From NCBI RefSeq assembly GCF_037042905.1, contig NC_087252.1, positions 19,966,001 through 20,030,000 of the forward strand: a stretch of 64,000 nucleotides of DNA, read 5' to 3'. Made by a program: the position numbers and the translations under genes. A model generated the notes under the pieces. The model saw nothing but the letters and a program-made list of their open reading frames with translations, had not been told where the DNA came from and searched no databases. Source of the stretch: Lytechinus pictus (taxonomy: Eukaryota). Below, piece by piece: positions 1-13,079 of the stretch; within the stretch, counting starts at the first letter, position 1, and each line of letters begins with the position of its first letter.

Positions 1-3
1 GCA

Positions 4-614
4 TTAAAGGACAAGTCCACCCCAACAAAAACTTGATTTGACTATAAAAAAAAATTAACAAGCATAACACTGAAAATTTCATCAAAATCGGATGTAAAAT
101 AAGAAAGTTATGGCATTTTGAAGTTTCGCTTCATTTCACAAAACAGTTATATGCACATCTCGGTCGGTATGCAAACGAGGAACTGATGACATCACTCACT
201 CACTATTTCTTTTGTATTTTATTATATGAAGTGTGAAATATTTTTATTTTCTCGTCATTTTCATGTGAAATGAAGTTTCATTCCTTTCTGAACACGTGGA
301 TTTCCATTATTTTAACATTTTGTGCTTCAGGCAAGGAGGTCCTCATCGTCAAATTCGTAAAAATTGAAATATTGTATAATTCAAACAATAAAAAACATAA
401 GAAATAGTGTGTGAGTGACATCATCGACTCTCTCATTTGGATGTAACTGGCTCGTTCATATAACTATTTTGTTAGAAATAAGCGAAACTTTGAAATGTCA
501 CAACTTTCTTATTTTACAACCGATTGTGATGAAATTTTCAGCATTGTACTTGAATGTCTGATTTTTCTCTATTGATTCAAAACAACATTTTTCTGAGGTA
601 GACTTGACCTTTAA
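4..614. mobile_element. Kolobok/T2-like MITE (family A)
   Basis: TTAA|AGGACAAGTCCACC...GGTAGACTTGACCT|TTAA. A TTAA target with AGG termini is the T2/Kolobok signature. Confidence 0.8.
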
Positions 615-1577
615 TGTTACATGCATACATGTATATGCAAGAATCAACAGACTGCGCTCACTCTCTATGCACATCCAAATTCATAAATTTTAAATCACAA
701 TGATCTACTTTTAGGTGCCATATCATAGAAACAATGAATGTTAATGCGTGCAATAGACAGAATCCTTCATGAGGTGAAAGATGAAATGATCCATTCAACT
801 CGGCTACGCCTCGTTGAATGGATCATTTATTTGTTCTTTCATCGTGCAATGAACACAATCGAATGGATTCAAAATTGCAGGGTTGATGACATCATTGTAA
901 AATGGGCTGAATGAATGACATCAATCAACCAATCAAATGACAAGGATCTATTGAGGTGTCATATATAAAAGCAAATAATTGATTTTTTGTTCATTCATGT
1001 AATAAAGAGAATGCGTCATTTGGAGTAAGATGAAATGATCCATTCAGCTTGGCTTGGCCTTGAATGGATCATCACCATCACACTCAAAAACATTCATACA
1101 TGTAGCCAAAGATAGTACAAGGGGAAGATCAGACACTTCAGTGATTGTTTGAAATGCTCCAAAATGCCCGATAAATGCTCATGGGGAAGGATGCCCACTA
1201 GTGTTGAGTAAGTACATGTACATGTAAACTGCATGTTTGGCACATCGGCACGCAGCTGTGTATAAAGCATATGGAGGAAATGAGAGAGGGGACTTTGGAG
1301 AGGGCTCAAGGGTGTTGCATTGGAATAATTCCACCTTGTATAAAAAAATTGAATGAAAATCATTTTAAATTAAATCCTCTATTCCTTCAACCCCTCACCA
1401 TTTCTCTCATGTTTTGTACACAACCATCTCGCGATACGCAAAGGTAAAAAAAAGGTTGTTACTTACTCAATGCTGTGGGGCGCTCTTCCCAAGCGTTTCA
1501 TTACGCAGTCTATGTACTGTCCGATCTTCCCCTTATGTAGTATCTTGGATGTTACATATATTGGGAATCATTGTACA

Positions 1578-1998
1578 GTAAATTACCAATTTGTCTACTG
1601 CCAACTCGTCCACTAACCAAATGGTCTACCTTCATTTGGTCTAATGCCATTGCAATGTATGTCCATCAACATTTTGTCTAATAACCATTTGGTCCAATAA
1701 CCATTTGGTCCAATCATCAATTCATCTAATCATCATTTAGTCTGACCATTTCGTCTAATAACCAGTTGGTCTAATATCCACTTCATTTTCACTCATTGTG
1801 CAAAATTAACACTTTAGTCCAATTAGACTAAACGGTACATGGACTAAATGGCTATGGGACCAACTGGTTATTAGACGGAATGGCATTAGACTATATGAAA
1901 ATAGACCATGTGGTGAATAGACGAACTGATGGTAGACAAAATGAAAGTACACGAGCTGCAATTGGACGAATTGGCATTAGACGAATTGGAAATAAACC
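1578..1998. mobile_element. Foldback/MULE-like MITE with short internal repeats
   Basis: Inverted ends (ccaatttgtcta / tagacgaattgg), repeated ttggtc(c/t)aat units, imperfect 9-bp TSD cattgtaca/catagtact. Confidence 0.55.
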
Positions 1999-2008
1999 CA
2001 TAGTACTT

Positions 2009-2643
2009 CATTACGTCAAACCCCCATTTGTAGAAAGACCGCAGTTCAGATTGCAAACTGCGGTGTTATACCCCATTTTATATTTGGATCTCTTAAAAAT
2101 CATTTCCAAGCCCTTATCAACCGCGCTTGGCCAGGTAATCCAGGGGCAATCCCTGCTGTCTCAATTTCACCTCCACAGGCCAGTATATGAGCGTTGAGCA
2201 AAGGACGAAAAGATAAACAACAGCTGTGCTATTACGTAAGACTTCTCTGCCTGTAGTAGGACCTTCGGAATGAAATTATTGTATTCCATATTTAATCACG
2301 TTTTCAAAGGAATATTGTGTTCTGTAATCCAATGTTAGTCCATTTTCAATTTCGAACGAAGAAAATCGACCTCTAAATAAGGAAAGTAAGCGAATAAAAA
2401 TGACGGCATGCTTACAGGGACCGCACTCAGCGCTGCGCATGCATCCCATCGTGTGTGGCCCCCTGCTGTGACTGTACATGTATATGCCGGGCTGTTGTTA
2501 TCTTCGGACCGACGTCAAGAAACAGGTGTTTTGATACTTAAATTGCTTGCTTGGGGCAGTTACGGTTTGTCGTACTTGGAGAAGAGAATTGATGAGAAGG
2601 GGAACTGGGGTATAGTGTTCTCAAATGGAAGTTTTTCGTCATG
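2009..2643 (+). repeat. Unclassified interspersed repeat of about 640 bp
   Basis: Inverted copy at 61761..62418. Confidence 0.85.
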
Positions 2644-2761
2644 TGATGTATCAGAAAAAAAAACACCCAAGAACACGAACCAGTTCTTTATTATGGCACA
2701 ACATTATAACAAAGGTGGGGTGAAGAAATAGAGGGAATATAACGAGAAAGAAATATTTTAC

Positions 2762-2881
2762 CTGTACAGTTGTATTCATCAGTACCACCTGGGCAATCAT
2801 AGTTTCCATCACATCCAACATCAGTATAATCAAGACAGATTGAATCATCAAAGAAGCATGGGTACTGATCATCTGGACAAG
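2762..2881 (-). CDS. Exon: LDLa (CPDDQYPCFFDDSICLDYTDVGCDGNYDCPGGTDEYNCT); last exon found, gene continues leftwards
   Basis: 120 nt, phase 1-1, cag/gtaaaa; no stop codon. Confidence 0.9.
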
Positions 2882-3115
2882 CTGTTCATGGAGGAAAAAA
2901 ATTATGCTTCATGTATACACTCTTACATATTTAAAAAAAATTCATCCAACCCTAATGTTCAGAAGAAAACGGTCAGATATTTGATTAGGGTGGTGTTTTA
3001 CAAAGAGTTAAATATGACTTAAATCGCACTTAAATGCTGGTGTGTATATGACATGTACAATACTGTGGAAAAAAAAACACCTTTTTTAATATTTCAATGA
3101 TATTTTCATTGATAT

Positions 3116-3715
3116 TTAAAGGTCAAGTCCATCCCAGAAATATACTGATTTGAATAAATAAAGAAAAATCAAACTAGCATTATGCTGATAATTTCATTAA
3201 AATCGGACATAAATTAAGAAAGTTAAGACATATCAAAGTTTTGCTTATTTTTCACAAAACAGTGTTATGCACAACTCAGTGACATGAAAATGAGACAGAC
3301 AATGATGTCCCTCACTCACTATTTCTTTTGTTTTTTATCGTTTGAATTAAACAATATTTCATTCTTTACAGATTTTACAAGGGCCTACTTGACTGAACCA
3401 TATAGTATTAAAATAATGCCAATTCCACATGTTCAGGGAGGAATTTATCTTTATTTCACTTAAAAATGAGGAGAAAATCAGAATGTTTCATATTTCATAT
3501 AATAAAAAATATTGAGTTGATGATGTCATCAGTCTCCTCATTTGCATACCGACCAGGATGTGCATATAACTATTTTGTGAAATTATGCTAAACTTTAAAA
3601 TGTCATAACTTTCTTAATTTAAATCCGATTTTGATGAAATTTTAAGTGTTATGCTCATTGGATTTTTCTCTTTTTATTCAAATCAACTTTTTGTTGGGGT
3701 GGACTTGTCCTTTAA
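3116..3715. mobile_element. Kolobok/T2-like MITE (family A)
   Basis: TTAA-AGGTCAAGTCCA...TGGACTTGTCCT-TTAA. Confidence 0.8.
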
Positions 3716-4141
3716 AAAACATCTAAATATAAATCACTGTATAAAGGATACATTCATATTTTTGGTGTTTATTCAAAGTATTGCATAAAAAATAAGAACT
3801 GGTATGTTGCTTAGTACACCTTGTGTAAAAGTAAAGGTAAGAATAGAAAATGAGTGTATACATGTAGGCAAAAGAAATCACAATCATTTTCAGCAGTGAC
3901 TATTTAAAAAGAAGGTAGCTTTGAATCTAATGAATTGGTTTCAAAACTTCAGTAAAGGAGAAATCTACCATCACCTTCCTGTGTATAACATTTGAAAATA
4001 TGAAACCAAGCCTATATATATGCCCGGTTGAGACTTGCACGCCTTGTGGTGCCGTATTGCCCGACACATTCACTATAAAGTTGCGGCATGTTTCTGCGTA
4101 GCTGGCTCATAATTCACACATTGTCCCAACATCATAGTGCT

Positions 4142-5730
4142 TTAACCCTACATGTAATTCTCCCGGGGGGCCATAATTGCCCCCCCCCCTCGATAATTTT
4201 CGCGATATATCTGCTGCGCAAAATTTATGGACCTCGCTGCTCACTGACTTTTACTTTCAAGTCTCGTGCAAATTTTGAGACTAAATTTGTGACGCCCGGG
4301 TACGCGGTTACGACATTACGCAACATTATGTAAGTGTATGTCAGACCCCAAATTGCTCATAAATGTGATTTCATGTACAAATCCAATGCAGATTGTGTAT
4401 TAGCCAAAATTCATAAATGTATCATTATTTCTCCTTTCACTGAGTAAACTTAATTAATTTTGCCTTGTTTATGATCAGAATTAAGTCTGGAACGATTTCT
4501 GTTGAAAAAAACAATAAAAAAACAAAAAGTAAAAAAAAACTAAGAAATACATAAGAAATTAAAAAACAATAAAATACATAAGAAATCGGTCTTCGTACCA
4601 GAATTTTTTTCATTCACAATTGTTAGGAATGCTATAAAGAATATTTTCACCAATGAAAAAATAGCATTCTAGGTTTATTTAGTGAATCAGAGCAAAAAGT
4701 ATGATTTCATGAATAAATTACCATAATTAATTCTTGTACAATAAAAAGATATTGAATTCACTGAAATTTATCAATGCAACTGTGTAGATTACGTCATTCT
4801 CTGCCATCATGCAAATTTTCGTTGTGATCGCGCAATCTGCTGCCGAGATCTTAACCCTAACTACAATGTATGCCGGGCTTTTTTGGCTGTTCTGTGGCCG
4901 GGGGGGGGGGGGGGGGGTGGGGGTTGATTCAAACCCCCTGAGATCTCGGCCGCCGATCTCGCGAGCGCCGCAAAAATTTGCACGCTGGTAGTGTGCGATG
5001 TAATCTACAAGGCTGTATGGTAAAATTTTCCAAAATAATGAGATTTTATTTTATATGAATTAATTATGCTAATTTATGCATAAATCATACTTTTTGCTCT
5101 AATTCACTAAATAAAGCTCCTAGAATGCTAATTTTTGGTAAAAATATTCTTTGTAGCATTTTTAACAATGGCAATTGAAAAAAACTTCGGTTTGGAAATC
5201 AATTTCTTATGTATTTTATTGTTTTATGAATTTCTTATGTATTTCCCTGTTTTTCAACCTTTTGTTTTTCTTTGTTTTTTTCACCAGATTTATTGCACAA
5301 CCTTTTTGAAGCATAATTATGCTAAAATCAATTGCTTTCAGCTGTTTAAAGTAAAAATAATCATATCTTTATGAATAAGATGAGAAAACTCAATTTGCAT
5401 TGACTTTGTACACAAAATCACGTTTTGGAACAATTTTTGGTCTGACATGCACTTACAAAATGTTGCGTAATTTCAGAACCGCGTACTCGGGCATTGTAAA
5501 TTTGGTCTCAAAAGATGCGCAAGAGTTAAAAGTATAAACTCTGCGAGTGGCGCGGTCAAAAAATTTCGCAAGGTGGAATGATCGTATAAAATGTTGAGGG
5601 AGGGGTTGATTTAACCCCCCCGGCCATTTTAGGGTTAAGGGGGGCCATAATGCCCCACCCCCTCTCCCCCCCCCCCCCCCCCCCCCCCGGAATGACAAAA
5701 ATCAAAATACCCCGGGAGATTTAGGGTTAA
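4142..5730. mobile_element. piggyBac-like MITE with a related MITE nested at 4851..5638
   Basis: Both elements have TTAA|CCCT...AGGG|TTAA ends. The inner element occurs free at 33974..34757; a related outer element is inverted at 7298..8086. Confidence 0.85.
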
Positions 5731-6877
5731 GCAAATATTTTTGACACCTACTCTCTGATGTATCTATCGCAAATTAAAGTATTCAAACATTTCTCAATGT
5801 CCATAACTTGTTTTGTTGTTTTAACCGATTTCGATTAAACTTGTTTTAAATTGTTCCTCTCATTTTACTCTTTCCAATTAGTTTGCTTTTCTTCTTGGCT
5901 TTTGGTGTCCTTTGAAATACGCTTGTTGTTGTGATCTTGACAACTAAATACTACATGTACATGAGCAATTCCTTTCATCTCTCCTTCTGTGCAATTTCCA
6001 GCAACCTTCCCTTATGATCCCAGCCATTGATTGAAAGATAGCAACAAAAATGGGCACATACGTTGCCCATTGCGTAATCGACAAAACTGCAAGATCAAAT
6101 TCTTCGTAGAATCTCATTTCTGATCAATTATTCCAATTGTGTTTTCAATGGAAATTGTCGGGGACTTTATTTTGACCATAAGCAAGATAAATAAATTGAG
6201 TTTCATTAGAAAAAAATCAGTAGAAAATAATGACACATTTATGAATTTTGGACACTATTGCATTGGATTTGTACACAAATTTATATTTTTGAGCAAATTT
6301 TGGTGTGCATGTACTTACATGTACAAAATGTTGTGTAATGATGGAACCGTGTACCCTGGGGTCACACTTTTGGACTTGAAATTAAAAAAAACGAGCGACG
6401 CGGTCAAAAAAATTTACACAGCTGATTTATCTGAAAAAATGTCAGGGGGGGGGGGGGTGGGGGCTAAATCAGACCCCCCTTCTTACTAGGGTTAAATATA
6501 GAATTTTAAAACATGATTGTAGGATTTCATATAAAGCGTGTCCCACAAAAAATATTGTTCTCCTCTTTACACTAGTAAATTAAAATTCAGTTTCTGCAAC
6601 TGGATGAAAACTTTATGCGATATGGTCCAATAATCACAAAGATATGAGCACGTTTTCATCACACATCAGGAAAACTCCCAATCCAAGTTTTATGCGTAGT
6701 CAGGACAAGAACTGTCCGTAAAGATGACCTTCACATGGCTAAACGTGCACAGACATCTAACAGAGTCAATCCTCAAAATATTACAAATTTATGTCAAGGT
6801 GGAGAGGATAATGCACTCCCCCCCCCCAAAAAAAAAAAACAACAACAACAAAAATTAATGTTCAGATTTGAGCTTAC

Positions 6878-6988
6878 TGCAATTCACTTCATCAAACCCG
6901 TCCAGACAATTATCAACGCCATCACAAACGAAAGAAAGATTTATGCAGTCTGGTTCTGATGGACATTGGAAACAAGGGGGCTCCGTAA
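6878..6988 (-). CDS. Exon: LDLa, duplicate of 18022..18132 (TEPPCFQCPSEPDCINLSFVCDGVDNCLDGFDEVNC)
   Basis: 111 nt, splice sites intact, four amino-acid changes. Confidence 0.82.
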
Positions 6989-7297
6989 CTGTAGAAAAAA
7001 AAAACAAAGAAAATTAAAGAGGGTTCGGAACGATCTAAAAATCTTAATAGAGACATCAATCACAAAGAGTTTTATGACACAAAAAAACGTAATATTCATG
7101 TGTTCAGTATAAACACACGCATGTATTATCCATCCTCCTCTTTCTCCTTCTTCATAGTTTAAAAAAAAGTTAAATATTAATATCATCTGCAGAAACAGGA
7201 TAAAAGATAACAAAGGGGAAATATTTAATATACTGTATCATTGACATAAGAGCAGCGGTCCCAAAATCGACCCCTGGGGCACGTCGCATTTAACAGT

Positions 7298-8086
7298 TTA
7301 ACCCTAAATCTCCCGGGGTATTTTGATTCTTGTCATTCCCGGGGGGGGGGGGGGGGGGGGCATTATGGCCCCCCTTAAGATCTCGGCCGCCGATCGCGCG
7401 AGCGACGCAAAAATTTGCACGCTGATAGTGTGCGATGTAATCTACAAGGCTGTATGGTAAAATTTTCCAACAATAATGAAATTTTATTTTATATGAATTA
7501 ATTATGCTAATTTATGCATAAATCATACTTTTTGCTCTAATTCACTAAATAAAGCTCCTAGAATGCTAATTTTTGGTAAAAATATTCTTTGTAGCATTCT
7601 TAACAATAGCAATTAAAAAAAACTTCGGTTTGGAAATAAATTTCTCATGTATTTTATTGTTTTATGAATTTCTTATGTATTTCTTTGTTTTTTTACTTTT
7701 TGTTTTTTATTGTTTTTTCAATGAAAATCGTTCCAGACTTAATTCTGATCATAAACAAGGCAAAATTAATTAAGTTTAATCAGTAAAAGTAGAAATAATG
7801 ATACATTTATGAATTTTGGCTAAATACACAATTTGCATTGGATTTGTACATGAAATCACGTTTATGAGCAATTTTGGGTCTGACATGCACTTACATAATG
7901 TTGCGTAATGTCGTAACCGCGTACCCGGGCGTCACAAATTTGGTCTCAAAATTTGCGCGAGACTTGAAAGTAAAAAGTCAGTGAGCGGCGAGGTCAACAA
8001 ATTTCGCGCAGCAGATATATCGCGAAAATTGTCGAGGGGGGGGGGCCATTATGGCACCCCCCCCCCCCCCGAAGAAATAGGGTTAA
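7298..8086. mobile_element. piggyBac-like MITE present only in the left duplicate
   Basis: TTAA TSD; the paralogous site 18443..18446 has a single TTAA. Confidence 0.9.
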
Positions 8087-9124
8087 AGGTTTAATCTATT
8101 CATAACATACAGTATCTATTACATAACATAGAGTACTGTTGTCTAGTTGATACATAATCTTCTAACCATCGTGTCCATTTCCCCACTTTCCAAATAAATG
8201 TAGTTTGTGAAATAATATATAGTGGTTAAGGTTCAAGCCCCCTTGAATCAATAGAGAAAATTCATCAAGCATAACGCTGAAAATTTCATGAAAACTGGAT
8301 GTAAAATAAGAAATTTAGGACATTTCAAAGTTTTTTTTTTTTTTCTAACGAAAACAGTTTAAACATACCTCAATGATATGCAAATGAGAACAGATGATGT
8401 TCTTCACTCACTATTTTTTTATATTGATTGCGTTTCATTGTTTGAATTATACAATGTCTCAATTTTTTGTGGATTTGAAAAAAATGAATTTACTAAACCA
8501 CCAAATTTAAAAACAAAAATAATTCCACATTTTCAGGGAGGAATAAAACTTTGTTTCAAATGATGAGGACAAAATTGAAATATTTCATATTTTTGTTGTT
8601 GTTGAGATTTTGGAGGTATAATCATTGGTCCATAGCTACTTATTTCATCAGGATCTTTTTTTAAACAGTGGGGTAATTTTTGCAGTTTTGAGTAGATTTG
8701 GACAAATCAAATAATACAGATTGATTAAAAATTAAAGTTAAAGGACCAACAATACCATGAATATTTTCTTCAAGCATAGATGCACTTAAATCTATATCCT
8801 TGTGACTTACTAGAGTTTAACCATTTCATGATATAACTTATTTCAGTAGGGTTAGCAGAATTGAGAAAAAATATTTTTTGATTGACGCTGAGATAAAATC
8901 AGTAAAATAGGCATTTTTGCAATAACCTATTTTATTCACTCATTTGGGGTCAATATTACAAAAAAGGATTGAAATGATGAAGCATGAATGGAATGATCTG
9001 AGATTTTATCACTGTGTAATGTTAGTTCACTTTGTTGTTTTCTTTCCTTTTATCCTTTTATAACCTCAAGCGAACCAGACGTCAACATGTGAAGAATCCT
9101 AGTTGATTTATAGTATTGAAATTG

Positions 9125-9240
9125 TATTGGGGTGCTGATCCATGAATGCAATTAAAAGCGAGCAAAAATATCTTAACAATTATCTGATTCTTTATAGGTA
9201 GCCAGTGCAGCGAATTCAAAATAGGAGTAATATTTGAGCA
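9125..9240 (-). mobile_element. L2/CR1-group LINE fragment (copy about 19503..19622)
   Basis: NITPILNSLHWLPIKNQIIVKIFLLAFNCIHGSAPQY matches the HITPxLxxLHWLP motif. Confidence 0.78.
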
Positions 9241-9343
9241 TTTATTTGACAAGCAGGAAATTACAAGATGTGTTGATGTTTTGAATATAAAATTGATTTT
9301 ACAAAATTTATGATTTTCAAAGTCAAAATCACATGCAGCATAG

Positions 9344-9962
9344 TTAAAGGACAAGTCCCCCCTAACGAAAAGTTGATTTGAATAAAACAAGAAAAATCAA
9401 ACGAGCATAACACTGAAAATTTCATCAAAATCGGATGTAAAATACAGTTATGATATTTTTAAGTTTTTCTTAATTTCACATGATAGTTATATGCACATCC
9501 CAGTCGGTATGCAAATGAGGGAACTGATGACACCACTCACTCACTTTTTCTTTTGTATTTTATTATAGGAAATATGAAATATTCTAATTTTCCTCCTCAT
9601 TGTCCAGTGAAAAGAAGTTTTATTTCTCACTGAACATGTGGAATTACCATTATTTAATATTATATGGTTCAGTCGAGTTGGTCCTTATTGTAAAATCTGT
9701 AAAAATTAAAATATTGTATAATTCAAACAATAAAAATCTAAAGAAATAGTGATTGAGGGACATCATTCATTTTCTCAATTGCATGTGACTAAATTGTGCA
9801 TATGAGAAAGGGAGGCCATTTTGAGAAAAATAAGCGAAACTTTAAAATGTCATAACTTTCTTATTATACATCCGATTTTGATGAAACTTTCAGTAGGATA
9901 CTTTTCTGATTTTTCTCTTTTGATTCGAATCAACATTTTGATGAGGTGGACTTGTCCTTTAA
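9344..9962. mobile_element. Kolobok/T2-like MITE (family A)
   Basis: TIRs plus TTAA TSD; an empty-site paralog lies at about 10124. Confidence 0.82.
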
Positions 9963-10152
9963 TGTAGCTATCTTATCAAGAAAAGACTCACCATTACAGT
10001 TCAATTTGAGCATTTATTTGACAAGCAGGAAAATTATTACAAGATGTGTTGATGTTTAGAATGTAAAATTGATTTGACAAAATTTAATGTATGATTTCAA
10101 ATACAAAATCACACTTGGAATAGTTAATCTATCTTATCAAGAAAAGGCTCAC

Positions 10153-10266
10153 CATTACAATTTAATTCATCTGTACCATCCGAGCAATCAGGCATGCCAT
10201 CACAGACATACATTTCAAGAAGACAATTGCCAAAGAAGGTTTCACATACAAAGCCAGTACATACAT
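10153..10266 (-). CDS. Exon: LDLa, duplicate of 20374..20487
   Basis: Same peptide; two synonymous changes; cag/gtgagc. Confidence 0.85.
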
Positions 10267-10430
10267 CTGTCACAAGAAAATTGATTGATTAATTGATTTC
10301 ATAATAGCTAAATTCATAACAGTTTCGATCCATGATTTTTAACCACAGCGTCAATCCATGGTTGAAAAATTGTTTCAGTCCACAGTTTTTATAAAGCATG
10401 GTTTCAATTCACGGTTTCAATCCATTGTTA

Positions 10431-11626
10431 AAACAAGTGGAGCGCCTCTGGCAGTCTCACCTGCATCACGCGATTCAATATAGCAGCAATGCTGACTTTG
10501 AAAACTACTATAACATAATTATTCACAAAAAACACAATTCATATAATGATACAATACTATGTTCATTGACAATAAATTACATTTGCCCTTGATCATGCGA
10601 CCTAGGACATGTCAGTGATACTTGATTACCACTATATCCATATTTTATAAACTATATAAACTTTGAAAGTTATGACAGCAATCTAATAATTACCTCCAAA
10701 TGGCCACAGTTCATTGACCTTAAATGACCTTTGACCTTGGTCATGTGACCTGAAACTCGTGTGAGATGTTCAGTGATACTTGATTACTATGTCCAAGTTT
10801 TATGAACTAGATCCATTCACTTTTAGAGTTATGCTGGCTATTCAACAATTCCCCCTAAAATGGCCCAAGTTCATTGAACTTTGACCTTGGTCATGTGACC
10901 TGAAACTCGCACAGGATATTCAGTGATACTTGTCGTACAAGTTATGATGGTAATTCAACAAATACCCCAACTTGGCCAAAGTTCATTGACATTAAATGAC
11001 CTTTGACCTTGGTCATGTGACCTGAAACTGGCATGAGATGTTCAGTGATACTTGATTACTCTATGTCCAAGTTTTATGAACTAGATCCATACACTTTCAT
11101 AGTTATGCTGGCTATTCCACAATTCCCCTAAACATGGCCAAAGTTCATTGACCTTTGACATGTGACCCGAAACTCGCATGAGATTTTCATCTTGATTACT
11201 CTTATGTCCAAGTTTTATGAACTACATCCATACACTTTCAGACTTATGCTGGCTATTAAACAATTCCCCCCAACATGGCCAAAGTTCATTCACCTTTGAC
11301 CTTGGTCATGTGACCTGAAGATGTTCAGTGATACTCGTCGTACAAGTTAAGATGATAATTCAACAAATACCCCAACTTGGCCAAAGTTCAGTGACCCAAA
11401 TGACCTTTGACCTTGGTCATGTGACCTGAAACTCAAGCAGGATATTCAGTAATACTGTACTTCATTAATCTTATGTCCAAGTTTCATGAACTAGGTCCGT
11501 ATACTTTTCAAGTTATGCTGTCATTTAAAAAATTTAACCTTCGATTAAGATTTGATGTTGACGCAGCCGCCGCTGCCGTCGGAAAAGCGGTGCCTGTATC
11601 ACTCTGCTATGCAGGTGAGACAAAAA
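10431..11626 (-). mobile_element. Helentron/DINE-1-like non-autonomous element with internal tandem repeats
   Basis: Subterminal inverted repeats GTCTCACCTGCAT/ATGCAGGTGAGAC, a (GCC)n tract, internal repeats of roughly 110-150 bp, A/T-run ends with no TSD. Confidence 0.72.
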
Positions 11627-11719
11627 TGGTTTCAATCCTTGGTTTCAAAATTGATTTTAAAAATGGTTTCATTCAACAATTTCAAAGCATGGTTTCAGGT
11701 TGGGTAATAGATTCTTTCT

Positions 11720-12630
11720 GTTTTTAAACCAGAAGCATATTTGAATAATCTACAACTTGTTTTATTACATGTATATTCCATATATTTTTGCTTATTACCT
11801 GTCGGGTAGGATTCCAGAACAAGCAATTATCGTACATTGTTGGAAGATACTGTAAATTATTACGAAAGATAATCAGATTCTTTCAGCCTCAAAACTATTG
11901 AGAAGAATATTCTGAATAATCTACAACCCGTTTTATCTATCAATATTCCATAATTGTTTGTTGATTCAAGAACAAGTGATTATCATACATTGTTCAAAGA
12001 AATAGATAATCATTATGCAAGGTTAATTACATCAATATGGATATTTCCACCTTGAAATATACTACAAGTATTTTTTGAAAATATTTAAGACACAGCTCAA
12101 TATTCCACACTTTTATACCTTCATTTTGTGTCTGAGCGGAAAAAAAAACACAAGCAATAATTGTACATTGTTGAAAGATACTGTAGATTATTATGAAAGG
12201 TAATTAGATTCTTTCCGCCTCAAAACTAATAGAAGTATATTTCAAATAATCTACAACCTCTTTTATCTTTTTACTTTTCCATATTTTTGCTTTAATTCAT
12301 GTCTGAATGGATTTTCAAGAATATAAGCAATTAACATAGAATGTTCGAAGAAATGGATAATTACTGGTATATGTATTATGCAATGTTAATTATTCCAATA
12401 TAAATATTTTCACCTTGAATCATACTAGAACTATTTTTAAAACTATAAAAAATCCTTTTTAGCTAATATTTCATACTTTCATTTAGTGTTGGTGAGGAAA
12501 CAAGAACACGAGTGATAATCATACAATTCTGGAAGATAATGTAAATTATTACGAAAGGTAATTAGATTCTTTCCACCTCAAAACTATTCAAGGGCATTTT
12601 TGAAATATTCTACAACCCATTTTATCATGG
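11720..12630. repeat. Degenerate tandem repeat of about 340 bp (related to 21790..22375)
   Basis: gatactgta(a/g)attatta..aaaggtaattagattctttcc recurs near 11846, 12177 and 12535. Confidence 0.65.
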
Positions 12631-12655
12631 TGAGACCATGACAACTAAATACTAC

Positions 12656-12964
12656 GGCCCGTATTCTGAAGTCAGGTTTAACTTAGACCATGGTCTAACT
12701 CTGTGCTAAAATTATGGGAAGCCAAAAGTGTCAAAATATTTATTAAGTTGTATGTTTCTTATGTTTACTGTGCTCTTTCCTGATTCATTGATGGTGAAGA
12801 CAATCATATTTATACTTCCTACACAATTATGAATGATTTCTGAGCCAAATGAGCTGAAATATTATATATCTACTGTTAGTAATTTATGCAACAATTGGCT
12901 TTCCATACTTAAACCACAACTTTAAACCTGAGTTTAAGTTAAACCTGACTTCAGAATATGGGCC
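12656..12964. mobile_element. Harbinger-like MITE
   Basis: TIR GGCCCGTATTCTGAAGTCAGGTTTAACTTA with 3-bp TSD TAC; empty paralogous site near 5950; relatives near 33282, 41530..41812 and 46131..46357. Confidence 0.7.
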
Positions 12965-13079
12965 TACATGTACATGAGCAATTCCTTTTCGTCTCCCATT
13001 CTGTGCACTTGTTTGTTTCTGTCTACATTTCTATTTTGATTAAATTCAACTTATTTGAGTGATCTTAACAACTTGTCCT

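Larger units (their letters stand above)
3540..10350. repeat. Intragenic segmental duplication, left copy (boundaries approximate)
   Basis: Colinear and highly similar to about 14600..20570, including two LDLa exons and nested MITEs. Confidence 0.92.

Noticed and set aside
4088..6489. ORFs of 60-116 aa repeated at 15181..17531 and 34305..34769
   Set aside because: They lie in non-autonomous MITEs, have no transposase motifs, and frames are not conserved between copies.
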